DNA from: Strigamia acuminata
Taxonomy: Eukaryota
DNA length: 64,000 nt
NCBI GenBank assembly: GCA_949358305.1
Contig: OX442314.1
Location: 27,404,001 to 27,468,000, forward strand
Reading direction: 5' to 3'
Positions 36,016-47,949 of this stretch are shown in pieces. The translations under genes were made by a program, and so were the position numbers. Position 1 is the stretch's first letter. Each line of letters opens with the position of its first letter. Under the pieces are notes generated by a model that made no database searches, was not told the origin of the DNA, and saw nothing but the letters and a program-made list of their open reading frames with translations.

Positions 36016-39000
36016 TGTGACGGTTTATAGGTGCTATTTATTAATAACACGGCTGAATTTTAAGTGTTTTCGGCAAAACCTGCATTTGTCAATGCTCCGA
36101 GTTGCCACTATATGGCGCGATTACAATTCAGCAGTAAATTTGAATTACGAGTTAAAAAACTGGTAAATAAATATAAGAATATATTTATGAGAATGAAACG
36201 AAGCTTTACTAGTATTAATATAAATATATATTAATAATTAGTATTAATAATAATTGACTTGAATCTCCAGTTCGGCAGAAAAAGGAGATTTGGCGATCAA
36301 TCGATCAACCGATCGATCTGATTGGTGGATCCATTTCCGGTCCTAGGTATCCAGTTCCGGTTGTGGTGAGAATTAGCATAATGTTCCTCCGTATCCACTT
36401 CCGGTGATACGGGATTGGAGGGATTCGTGGAACCAATGTTCCAATTGGATAACTGGATTAATCCTTAATCCAGTCAGGTTATATAAACCCGAACAACAGG
36501 CCATTCCGGGGCTCTGTTTGATTATTTCTGTTTGGTATTATTACTTAAGAAATATGATTCGTTGTCCATGAAAACCATTTGGTTCTTTGTTGATTTATTC
36601 GCAAAGAACCGCGGCATGATTCTACCGAATCATGCAACCCCCGGCAACTGAAGCCGACGTATTGGATAATTATGTAGCATAACTGTTTCAATCTACGGTC
36701 TTGCCGAGGAGAACCTGCTTTCTATGCAACTCAGTATCCTCCGGGCAGGTCCAAGTGGTCATTTTCGGTATGAACACATTTCGTAACCGTGAGTAAGCAC
36801 CGGGACTGTTGAGAATTGGTTCCTTCACCTGATGGTGCCAAAGCAGTCTGTTTTACAGTAACCACGAGTAGCACCAAGTGTTTGGCAAGCTGATTCTCAT
36901 GGTATTCGGTGCCAAAAGTAGTCGGTTTGTTACTAGTACCGCGAAGGACTAAACTGCTGTGCGGAGCCGCGAGCTATCGACTCCTGTGAAGTGGTGCCGT
37001 CAATCGCCAGACGAACGACCGCGCTGCGATGCAGGGGACGCTTGATACCGTTCTGCATGGCAAGGCGTATTCTATCGATGGCAACTGTGTGATTGCGACG
37101 GGAAGCTTAATATATTTATCTTTTCCATTTATATAGCAAAAGCTAACTTGAAGACAAGTTGGCTACTCAAGTCAGAAGACTTGATTACAATACATTTGAC
37201 ACCAATGTAAAACAATAAGTTGACAACAGCTTATTGCGCGAAATATCTAATAGGAAATCACAACGATACGAATTAAATATAATTCGTATATCGGACTATG
37301 GGTAAGTAAATGAAATGCATTTACTTACACCAATATCCAACCTAAGTTGTGGTGGTGCACATGAGTCAACCGCACCTCTCAGATCTCTCGATTCATCGAC
37401 GTGCGATGATTTACACAAGCGAACCAGGGAACCAGCGAAGCTGTATCAGAATCCAGGACACAGCCAGCCGGTTTAGATGACATCTGTAACCAGGTCGAGC
37501 GATGGGGAAACCGCTCCCATATTCCAGACACGTAATGATATTATTTTAGGGCCAATTGGCCAACTCATTGTATAGTTTAAATAGTCAGTTAACTTGCCAA
37601 ATGTCGGCATTAGTCTTATGTATAATTTAGCCTCGATTCCATTGTTTGCCAACAATAAACTGTCATGTATCGATAACCATTCTTGTCTTGTATTTATCTC
37701 TCGTTATATTCACTGTTTATTTATGCGATCTATTCCCGGTACCATTGTCAAATGGGAGTTGTGGTCGTCACCGTCACACGTGGAGGTCCCACCGAGATAG
37801 GTTGCAATTAATCCGATTGAATTGTAAAAGTGAATTTCCTGAGATAAATAAAAAGACAAAAAACTTTAAATAAGTTTTACAAGTTACAAGTTTTAAAAGG
37901 TACATTTTATTTTCTCGAGGAAAATGAATAATTCAATTCTGAACGAAAGAATTGCAACCAGATTTCTAAATCTATCACATGATAATTGAGATAGGTTTAT
38001 TCGAAGTGTTAAAGATTAAAATTCGGAGAATTCGATGAATATAAATACAGAATAGTATATTTTGATATTTGCTTTATTTTCGTGAAAAAGTAAAAGTAAG
38101 AACAACTTTAGACATGTTTAACGAATCACAAGAAAAGAAAATCTTGCAAAAAAATTGGAATTTTGAAGTAAATCCAGTATTAAGGAGAAGTTACAATAAT
38201 TGGAAACAATTGACAAAAATTGAAAGTGAATTTATTTTATTCTCGTGAAAAATACAATTTTGGGAATATTTACGAATATCTCTCGAAGGAATTTTATTTT
38301 ATCGGTAAAACTAAAATGTCGAAGGGAACGGACTTAGTAGAAAACAACTAACAAAAATATTACGTCTGTTATACTATTGGTTGATAGCAAATCGGCCAAT
38401 CAGGAGCTAGGAGATCTAGGGATCCCCAGCCCCCTGCTATTAAAGAAGAGCCAGATCAGACAGTGATCATTCGCTTCCAGACCAGACCAGCAGACGTGTT
38501 CCAGTAACCATCCTGACCGCGCCATCCGATTCTAGTTACGATTCGAAGTTTTCCACCGCAAATTAGTAAACGACTGATTCAATTATATTTATATATAATG
38601 GATCCGAACAATCTTCCTAACGAAGAGAAAGCCGCAAAAGAAGTATCTAGCTTGAATTCAAGTTATGTAAAACTTTGTGATCAAACGGAAATGATTCCCG
38701 ATGATTTCACACTGTTTTGTATTCATAATGAACTGGATAAAACCCAGTTCAAAAACATAATCGAAGCTTCCGACTTTGTGACAAAGCGGGCGCTACGTAA
38801 CGTGCGTATTAATCCAACTCCTGAACCACGCGTAGAACTTTCAAAAGAAAGCTTGGCGAACCATAATTCTAAATTGGACCCGATACCTTCGCCAAAAGAT
38901 CTACCCGAAGAAACCAGATTACGATCAAAGACTCCACAACGAAAATTGGGAGATCAAGCGAGAATTAAAACCTCGTCAATTCGAAATCAAGACATTCGAG

Positions 39001-39690
39001 AACTATTTCGAACATCAAGCAAAGGATCACTTGATCAATCAAGCTTAGAAAGTGGATCTCCTCCTTCCCGCCACGACAGTTGCAACCATTCTCCTAATAT
39101 CCCAAAGACGGGAGGATCTAATTTTTCGTCTTTTCAACCAGACAACGTTAAAAAGACTTCAAATCCACATATTTATACAGAGAATGGAAATAGACATTTT
39201 GCCAAACAAACCCCTAAAGGGCGAGGAGGCAAATCGGTGATTCGACGGAGAAAATCTCCACTTCCATCACCTGTCTTAACTCAAACTCGACAAGAACAAT
39301 TGAGATTAGACGAAGTAGAAAAAGAGCGACTTCGGCAAGAAGCAATTAATCAAAAGAAGATTAACGACGAAAAGATTTGTCAAGATAAGCTCAGCGAAGA
39401 AACTACTAAACAAAACGAAATTCGCAAGAAAGCAGCGGAAGATGAAGAGATCCGACAAGCTGCTATCAGCCGAGATAAGATCCCCCAATATCAAGAACCA
39501 GCTTTAGATCTAAACAAGTTCATGGATGAACTCAAAAGACAACAGGATGAGCTCAACAGACAACGAGAAGAACTCGAAGAAAAATCGAAGGATTTATTCA
39601 ACGCCGAAACCAACCAACGAGCAAGAGAAGAACTCTTAAACTCTCGTCTTAGTCTCGCCTCATCCACTCATGTTAATCATTTTGATGCTT
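36016..39690 (+). mobile_element. Truncated LTR retrotransposon: ~1.76-kb LTR (36016-37778), tRNA-Gln-type PBS, long leader, gag-like 5' part
   Basis: TGTGACGG...CCGTCACA termini; PBS TGGAGGTCCCACCGAGAT at 37781; the unit sequence gatggatgt|ttgcaag is broken at 36015. Confidence 0.8.
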
Positions 39691-39716
39691 CAAATCGCCG
39701 CCAGATTGTTTCGTGA
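38598..39716 (+). CDS. Probable Gag N-terminal part (coiled-coil-rich), truncated
   Basis: 372-aa ORF downstream of the PBS, E/K/Q/R-rich heptad-like region, ends in unrelated repeat sequence; no capsid motif seen. Confidence 0.55.
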   Translation: MDPNNLPNEEKAAKEVSSLNSSYVKLCDQTEMIPDDFTLFCIHNELDKTQFKNIIEASDFVTKRALRNVRINPTPEPRVELSKESLANHNSKLDPIPSPKDLPEETRLRSKTPQRKLGDQARIKTSSIRNQDIRELFRTSSKGSLDQSSLESGSPPSRHDSCNHSPNIPKTGGSNFSSFQPDNVKKTSNPHIYTENGNRHFAKQTPKGRGGKSVIRRRKSPLPSPVLTQTRQEQLRLDEVEKERLRQEAINQKKINDEKICQDKLSEETTKQNEIRKKAAEDEEIRQAAISRDKIPQYQEPALDLNKFMDELKRQQDELNRQREELEEKSKDLFNAETNQRAREELLNSRLSLASSTHVNHFDASNRRQIVS

Positions 39717-40245
39717 TTCTGATTGCCGTGATCGTGCCAAAAAAACTTTCATAAAAGTACTTTTTCTAAATAATATTAAAAAATATATATATATGGGCAG
39801 ATAGGAATTTTTGTTTTAACCAGGTTTAGCCTGGTTTCAGAATTTTTAAGTCTTATTTTAATGCCGAAAACATCAAAATTCGCATCGGACGAACATTTTG
39901 GCATCCATTAAAGGACACGTGTTCCGCCAGGTGGCGCTGCAGTTTGAAAAGTTACATTACAGGTCACGTGACTGGACGTTGAACCACACATTTCCGGAAG
40001 CAGTATGTAATAGACGGCTAAAAGTGTACTAAAACCAATTTTTTAATTCAACCGGAGGTCGGAGAAATACGAAAATACCTTAAAAACCCAATACAGGTAT
40101 GCTGAGTTCATTGCCGTTGCCCGTTTGGCTTTACCTGCTATAGTTTTTGAGATGTGGATGCAGACAGACGGACAGAACCGTTTCATTAGACTTTCTAAAC
40201 ATCAGGTTTAGAAGTCTAATAAAAGCCTTTAATAAAGCCTTTAAA
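39670..40245 (-). mobile_element. Helentron/DINE-1-like non-autonomous element (partial)
   Basis: ATAAAAGCCTT subterminal motif, hairpin ATTAGACTT..AAGTCTAAT, GACAGACGGACAG microsatellite; core homologous to 42430-42720 in inverted orientation. Confidence 0.55.
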
Positions 40246-40310
40246 AATGGTTTGTATTTAGAGTTAATGAATTCAAAATTGGTCAATTAATTTCCTTTTT
40301 AAATATTCAG

Positions 40311-41126
40311 TTATAACATGTCATCAGAAGTGGAATTTCTCAATTTGCCGGTTAGAAGTTTAGCGGATAAAAGTTGCCTGGTGGGTGTGTGGACAACAAA
40401 CAATAGTTATTTGATTAATTATGTGAAATCGCAAATGTTTCCTCATTGGGGCGTGGAATACATCACAGATTGGCACTCGGTTAAAGTATTTTTAACGAGA
40501 ATTTGTAATTTTGAATTAATATTCACAGATGTTTATTGGTTTTTAGGCAGTGCTGGACTGGCCCGGCGGGCTACCGGGAGTTTCCCGGTGGCCCGTGGCC
40601 GCTGTGGCCCGTCGCAGCCGGCTGTAGCCTGTCCCGACTTCATTAATTGTGGCCCGGACACCCAGATTTCCCGGCCATAAATTTGTTCCCAGTCCAGCCC
40701 TGTTTTTAGGTGACGCGTTATGGAGAGTTTGCTGAAACAAAGAAACCGTACGAAAACTTAATTCTCGTCGAGTAGTGGGCTCGACAGTAAATATACCGAA
40801 GGATTTTATTTTTGTCAGCGTTCCTGGTTGTTTTCATTCGCACAAACCACTGATCAAGGGCGAGAAAGTGATTAAAGTGCTTATTGTAGGATATATATTA
40901 GAATATTTAATTTTTCATTTTATTGAAGGATTTTGTTCTGGCAAAGGCGAAATATTTGGAGATATTCAATGGTTCGCTTTGTTCAGGCTGGACCAGCTTC
41001 GGCGATGAGGTAAACAAACAATGTGCTCTGTGCAGTTTTTTTAGTTTAATTGAATTCTGTTATAACAAAACAATTCATTTCTAGGTACTAAAATTTCAAA
41101 AAATTGATCTATACGTCAAGAAATGA
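40311..41126 (+). pseudogene. METTL4: METTL4-like fragment, unit 4, with a complete upstream exon but disrupted
   Basis: YNMSSEVEFLNLPVRSLADKSCLVGVWTTNNSYLINYVKSQMFPHW (cf. METTL4 IPIPKLA..CLLVTWVTN); MITE at the next acceptor; deletions in the following exon. Confidence 0.8.
40548..40702. mobile_element. hAT-like MITE (155 bp)
   Basis: TIRs CAGTGCTGGACTGG / CCAGTCCAGCCCTG, perfect 8-bp TSD TTTTTAGG. Confidence 0.85.
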
Positions 41127-41718
41127 TAATTCATCAATTTCGAATGGAGTAATGAGCGCAAACAGTGAGCACAATACGAATTTATTTTTTTCGAAATACA
41201 AATTTGTTGACTACAATATTCGGTCCTGTCTTTCCCCCTGTAGGCTATGGCTGTTGGGAGGGACAGGATTACTTAGGTAATATCAATAAATTATTACGGA
41301 GTATATTATTATTAATACAAGGGAGCCATGTTAGTTGCAAAACGTGTTAAAAGTGGAAAAAATTCCACAGATTCATTAGTATGCGCAAATAACTTTGCAG
41401 CAAGTGATAAAACATGACTCAATTGGTAGTTTGTGCATTACATAACTGATTGCACATTCACTCGGCATGCAATTACGGCAAAACTGAATAATAATGTCCA
41501 AAAAGCAATAACAAAGACAAGTGTACTCTCTGTGGTGCGGACATAAGCTTAGGACAGGCGTGTGAAAGTTGTCAGGTCCAGCAGTGATGCATCTACATCA
41601 TGTGAGGCTCCGAGGCCCAGTGTAACTTTGAGGCTTCACATGCGAATTTCCGGTCGGACAGTCTTTTTAGCAGCCTTTTTTCGTGCCCTAATTATATACA
41701 ACTTCACACAGATGGTGA

Positions 41719-44700
41719 CTATTTTTTCTTTACTTTTAGTAACTTCGAAACCAGCTTTTGCAAGAGTTGTGGAATTGCAAGAATAGAAAAGCCAAGCATC
41801 AGTGAAAAACAATTTCCAATGTCACAACACAGTGCAACTCCAGTGTAGGATAATACTTGCTTAAACTCTTCAATTATGTTATTCATTGGAATTATTGAAA
41901 GGACTTTGAATGGCCATGCTGCTGTGTGTTGAAAGTAAACATATGTGTCAAACACTGGTTCTTCACAAAGTGGATGACAACCACACTCTTTCATTACATT
42001 AGTAGTTAAAGATCTGTTCATGAACAATGCCAATGAAGTTTTAGCGTCTTCAATATTGGTACAATCATTCTTTTTGAGGTTGACCAAAAATGGTAACCTA
42101 AAAATATTTGAATAACATATATTATAAACTACATCGTAGAACGTTTAGTACAAAGTTCGCGAGTGTCTTTTTAAAAGCTTTTATTAAAGGCTTTTATTAA
42201 AGGCTTTTATTTAACTTGACTTGAATGTTTGTGTGTGGGGTTCAACCTTGGACTAATGAGTCCAAGGTTCAACTTCCGGTTTGTGTAATGTCCACAAACA
42301 ATGAATTAAAAAATTAATCGTAAGATTGGGAAGTAGACTTTTCCGGTGCAGTTTTTGATCTACTTTTCAATTATAACAATAAAATTAATATTAAAAGTAG
42401 TTAAAGGGAGAAAATGTTAAATTACGGCGAAATGTAATGGAAAACAGTGTCACCTGGCGGAACCTATGTCCTTTAATGGATGCCAAAATGTTCGCCCGAT
42501 ACGAATTTTGATGATTTCGGCACAAAAAAAGAATTTATAAATTCTAAAACTAAGCTACCGTAAATCTGGTTAAAATGAAAATTCCTATTTGCCCATATAT
42601 TTTGTTTTTTAATATTGTTAAGAAAAAGTACTTTTTTGAAATTTTTGTTTCAATCACGAAACAATCTGCGGTAGTAGCGCACTCTGGTGGCGATTTGAAG
42701 CCCCAAAATGACGTCACCCATTCGTGATTTATGCGGCGTATACGTTTTTGATTGACGCCAACTCTGTCACCGATAGGCCTCTTTCTCTTAGTACCGCTCT
42801 TGCATCGTTTTGGCTTGCACCCTCTCATAGTTTCCAGCATATCTACCGCCAACGCCTCAATACGCTCGCGTAACTCTTCCGACGGACACCGACCCAGATC
42901 CGCGAAGAGAACCTTGACCCTCTCGCAGACGGAAGGTGCACCGAAGAATAGCATAAAAGCCTTTTTCCAAAAACGTACCATAGTTCTTTTGTTTTACTTG
43001 TTTTGGTTTTTTTTATTTTGCTGAACAAAGAAAAACCGAACAAATAATACGTATGACAAATTTCTGCATAAATATTAAAAGAAAAAATACTCACTTGCAC
43101 TGAATTTCATTATAAATCTTTTTTTCGTAGCAATCTTCTTGGCATCTTGTGTGTTTGTCTCGGCCAAGGCAAGGTTGAGATTGTAAATTCAATCGGATGG
43201 TCTAAAATAAAACAATTGGTTAAGCAGTTTTGTTTAGATTTGTCTGCAAACATACTTTAAACATTTTGAATGTGAGAATGGTAAACGTGTTTGCTTTAAT
43301 ACTTCTTCTACTTCCTAGAATTGAGGGAATTGATGGAATTGTTGCTTCGCTTTGTTGAAAGTACACCTGCAGAAAGAAAATTATATTTTATCACTGTATT
43401 AAAGATCAGTTTGATTCTGATGAAATAGCCTTGCAGTTAACTAAAATACAAGATGGTGCAGGTATATTTTATCTTCGTGCATACTGCTAACTTGTAAGGT
43501 CTATAGTAAATTTCTTACAGCATTAATTAGTTAATTATGACTAGATCTTGGATAAATGCATAAATGCATAGAATATATTTATATTGAATAAAAAGCCGAA
43601 ATTGGCTTAAATTGCATATTTTGCGAAAATCGGTAAATAAATGCAAACCGGTAAATTGCCTTTTTTCCAGGAAAAAACGGCGATTTGTGTCTTTTTTTAA
43701 TGATATGTAACATGTACGTATCAATTTTTGCCTTTTTTTTAAAGACGTGTATCGTGTACATATGCTTTATATTCGGAAAACTGAGGACTTCGCCAATAAC
43801 AGACACCAAGGGAATCACTAAATGAGTGTCTAGAAAATATTTTCAGAAATAAACAAAAAAAAAATTAAAAAAAAGAAAGAAATGAATTGTAATTACTAAT
43901 TATAATTCATTTACATCAAGAACACTTGGAAATAGCATTACTTCAGAGCTTTGAACTAGAAGGAGCTCTCGAGTGAACTTTGAACTAGAATGAGCTCTCA
44001 GTTCAAAGTTCAAAGTTCACTCAAATAAATTTTTTTATTTTGCATAAAATGGAATTTTTGGTGCATATAAAACGAAATTTATTTTTCATAAATATCTGGG
44101 GTCTAAATGACGGAGTTTGTGTAGTTAGCTAAGCTCCTATTTGCCAAGTGCAATGTGCTTATTTTAGTGCTGTGTAAGATCAACAGTTGGTGAGAAATAG
44201 GAATTTATTCATTACTTCGTACTCATCTGGCTTACAGATTTGACGACTGTTTGGTCGAAAACTAAAAAATATTGCTGTAGCAACACCTGCATATGTTAGT
44301 GGACCTAAGAAAACAATGTTGTTTTAGTAGTCCTATAATGTTTGCACACATTTCTAATTACGCATTTGAGATTGATAGCATGTTCCTGTGTGCATTGGTA
44401 TTTTGGTCCAAGATACATTCGATCTGAATCCTGTGTTCTGATAAGAAAATACCTTTTACCAGTGAATTCAGTTACCTTAAATTTGGGAGAATTTAAGTAA
44501 AGGCACGAGTTTCATCTAGCACTCACATTTTATCTAATAAGTTACATTTACCAAATGCCTTTTGAATCAATGGCTTTGTTTACACAATGCTTATCGACCC
44601 ATTGACCCAACAGAATACAGAAAATTTTAATTATCGGATCAAACACTTACACTTTCAGCATATTCCATGGTGACCTTATCTATTACGGGTGTTTGAAATC

Positions 44701-47316
44701 TCCATACATCTTCCATCGATGATTTTTTCCCTCTGATAGTCTTATTCATTAAATCAATGAAGTGAATTTTACATTCTGGAATGCCTGTAGTGTTGGCGTA
44801 TTGGCTTCTGTAGTGTGTCATTAAGGGTCCGTCCATACATGCAATAATGTTGGGCAGATATAATGTGTCATTTTCTTGAATATTTACTACATATCTTGTC
44901 GGTTCGCTCAAATATAATGCGATTCTTTCTTTGCTCACATAAACTGCTAGTAAGCCGGAAATAAAAACAAGAATACGATACAAGGTGCGTTGAAGCTTAG
45001 GCGAAGTTTCCATTGTCTTTTTCTTCAAATTTTCCAAATTGATTTGATTAACAACTTTTGTTTTTATCTGAGTTTGTAGTCGAACAGGCCTGATATAATT
45101 GCAGAGGAGGAGCAAACCAAAGTGTACAATTTCGATTATAGAGAGGAGAGACAATCCCAAGCAAAATCCTAGGTTGCCGCCCAAATCGATGACCAAATTA
45201 GGAATTTTGTAAATGTAGATTTCTGTCATTCTGACAAATGTTTCTTCCATCGCTTTAAATTTTATACTTGCTAAATCTTTACTACTGGGTTCATCTTCAA
45301 AATCTAACAGTGAAAGATGAATAATTTTGTTATAATTACACGTCAAAATGATATTGTTCGACTTAACTAGTATCGGTCTGCACTATTAGGAGATAAACTC
45401 TCGTTTGACAAGGTCTTAAGCAACCACATTCAATTGTTGCCAGCGTGGATGTTTTGGGTTTGAACGAGTTTTCGTACACTTGAGCCACGATTGATTTGTT
45501 TGCTTCTAAACTGCAGTCTGGCAGAATTTTGTCAGCCATGTAAGGCAACCTAAGTTAACCATCTATTAGCATACTAATGAATGATCAATGTGTACGTTAA
45601 GTAAGTTTAAACCTGCACTTTGGATCGGTTTTGAGATTTTGCTTGGTCACACAGTCTTTATAACATTGGGTTTGCTTTATCAGGCTGGGCTCATAGTAGG
45701 GCTTTCTTGAAGGCAAAAATTGATACTTGCAGAAAAGAAATACAATTTTACTATTTTAGTTATATGTATTGATTTACAAATCAAATGTATTATAAATGCA
45801 TAGAGATAACTAATCATGCAACGCGATTCACAGTTGAATAAGCTGCAAGAAATATACAAGCAAGCAATTATAACTCACTTGACGCAAAATAAATGGAACT
45901 TCAACTTCAATTCCCATCTGTATTGTAAAAGTATATCTATACGGCAGGACACCATCCTTCGCAGACATCTATTATTAAATTGTGTTATGTATATTATATT
46001 AATTTTACACTAGGTGCATTCAAAATATCATGTTTCAAATGTTTTGTTTGTTTTTCTTATTCTTTTTTTGACATCAGAAATCAAAAACACAAATCCATAC
46101 AGTGGTCGCCAAAAGTTTAGCACCACTACTGTCATTTGCACTATTTAGTGCTTTTACAACAAGTAAAACCTGCAGCGTCTTTGTGATATAAAATATAAAT
46201 TTGCCATTAAATTCTAAATTCTTAAATGCTAAAACATTTAAACAAATCATACATTGTAATTAACAATAGTAATTTTTAGTGTTTGTATACAAATTGTTGC
46301 TGGACAAAGGTTTAGTACCAAATTCAAAAATGCACAAAAAACCTGGTTTCTTCAGAAAATCATTATTTATTTGAACAATATATTTCAATATTTTGTTGGC
46401 TAACCAACTAATAAGTTGATTTGACTTATCGATTTTGCAAAATGAACTGACCGTAATCATTGGTGTTTTACAGGTCCCATTTTTCTTAAAGACGACATTA
46501 AATATTCTGTTTAGAGCTAGTTTTACATCTAAAAAAAATTGCTTAGTCAAAAATTATATAACCAGACAAGATAATTATCGTATATTAATTTTACCTGTTG
46601 TTACAATCAGTGTACGGCCAAAAACATAATCGTTGTATTTTAATGCAAATGTTTTACCCTGATTTGTATAATTGCCACTTTTTATCTTAGTGCCAAGTAA
46701 CACAGTTTTGCCCTAAAAAAGTTATTGGCAACAATATTTGTTAATACGGATTTCTTAGGTATCCAAAAGAACAGTATATATAATTTCTTTTTAAATTGCA
46801 CAAAGGAATAAGGTAACTTGCCTGTTTGATTTTGAGGTACTGCATATTTTCTGATATGTTGGAATGTTCCCACAAGTTTGTATAATTTTTAACCTTGACT
46901 TGCTGTGAGATGATTCCTCTCACTGCGAGCCTGCAAGCTTTCATTAACTTTTGTGCACCATCAATTGTATTCGGTTCTGGTATTTTGTCCCAGTACTTCG
47001 ACATCAATGGAGTGTCAAGAGCCATGAGTCTCACTTCAGGGAATCTGTTTTCCTGTATTGGAACAAATTCGATTTCAACTTTGTAAGGTCCAGACATGTA
47101 GAAGCAAAATCTTTCCCAAGTTTGATAACTGAAGATGCCGAAACAAACGACCAAACCAAGCAACCAAATGAAACGAAGTATTCCAGTGTTCTCGAGAACT
47201 TGGTTTATAAATTGAAAACTATCTTTGCCCGTCAGTGAAGTTTGCATTTTTTGTTGCACATATTGGCGAATACGGTTACGGGTCCGACGAATAAGCAACG
47301 CTCTAGGAGCCGTCAT
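41719..47316 (-). CDS. Double-domain DEG/ENaC gene, copy 4
   Basis: Homologous exons (46741-47316, 45363-45548, 44639-45346, 41719-42087 ORFs); TM2-TM1 junction intact. Confidence 0.8.
42167..42990 (+). mobile_element. Helentron/DINE-1-like insertion in the last intron of copy 4
   Basis: Inserted in a T-rich site absent in other copies; AAGGCTTTTAT near the 5' end and ATAAAAGCCTT near the 3' end; internal hairpin CCTTGGACT..AGTCCAAGG. Confidence 0.55.
43542..44105. mobile_element. Probable MITE in copy 4 intron
   Basis: Insertion unique to copy 4; imperfect TIRs TAGATCTTGGATA / TATCTGGGGTCTA; flanking tatgac/aatgac. Confidence 0.45.
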
Positions 47317-47949
47317 TTTTCTTCAAATCAACTTTAAAAGTTAAAACTACTGTAGATTCCAATCGCTTTTAGTTGGTCTTCTAAAGTCTCTGGCTTCTTT
47401 GTAATTTTAAGTGTATGTTTTAAATAAATCTGCAGCTTGCTTCCACCATGAATTTTGTACACTCACTGGGGTTAAACTTTATTGTCTTCAAAAAGATATA
47501 TACAAAAACGCTCCTATTGGAGCACCACTAATCCGATAATTGGCTTCAGCTGCATTCCTAGAAGGAGAGCTGAAGCCAGGTCATGTGACAATAATCTAAC
47601 CCTCTTTAAATAAAAGGTTAATGACACTAAATTGTAAATAAACAAATAAAAAACATAATAAATGGAAATATTAAATATCAAATCAAAAAATATGGAAATT
47701 AGCAAATAAAGACACTAAAATATTATAATAAGAATTAATAAGAACAAATATCAAATAGAAAACATTATTAAATCAAGGTTTACAAAATAGCAATAATAAT
47801 GGCACATTAAAGGGAATGTGCACCCAAATTAAAATGTTATGAAATCAAAATACAAAAATATCAAATAAAATGACACATTAAAGGGAATGTGAACCTGAGG
47901 TAAAACGCCAGTTTTCACACTCCCCCCGCGCCGATTTCACTCTGAACTT

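Noticed and set aside
47514..47705. 63-aa hydrophobic ORF, repeated at 52813
   Set aside because: Lies within the BEL LTRs; AT-rich chance ORF
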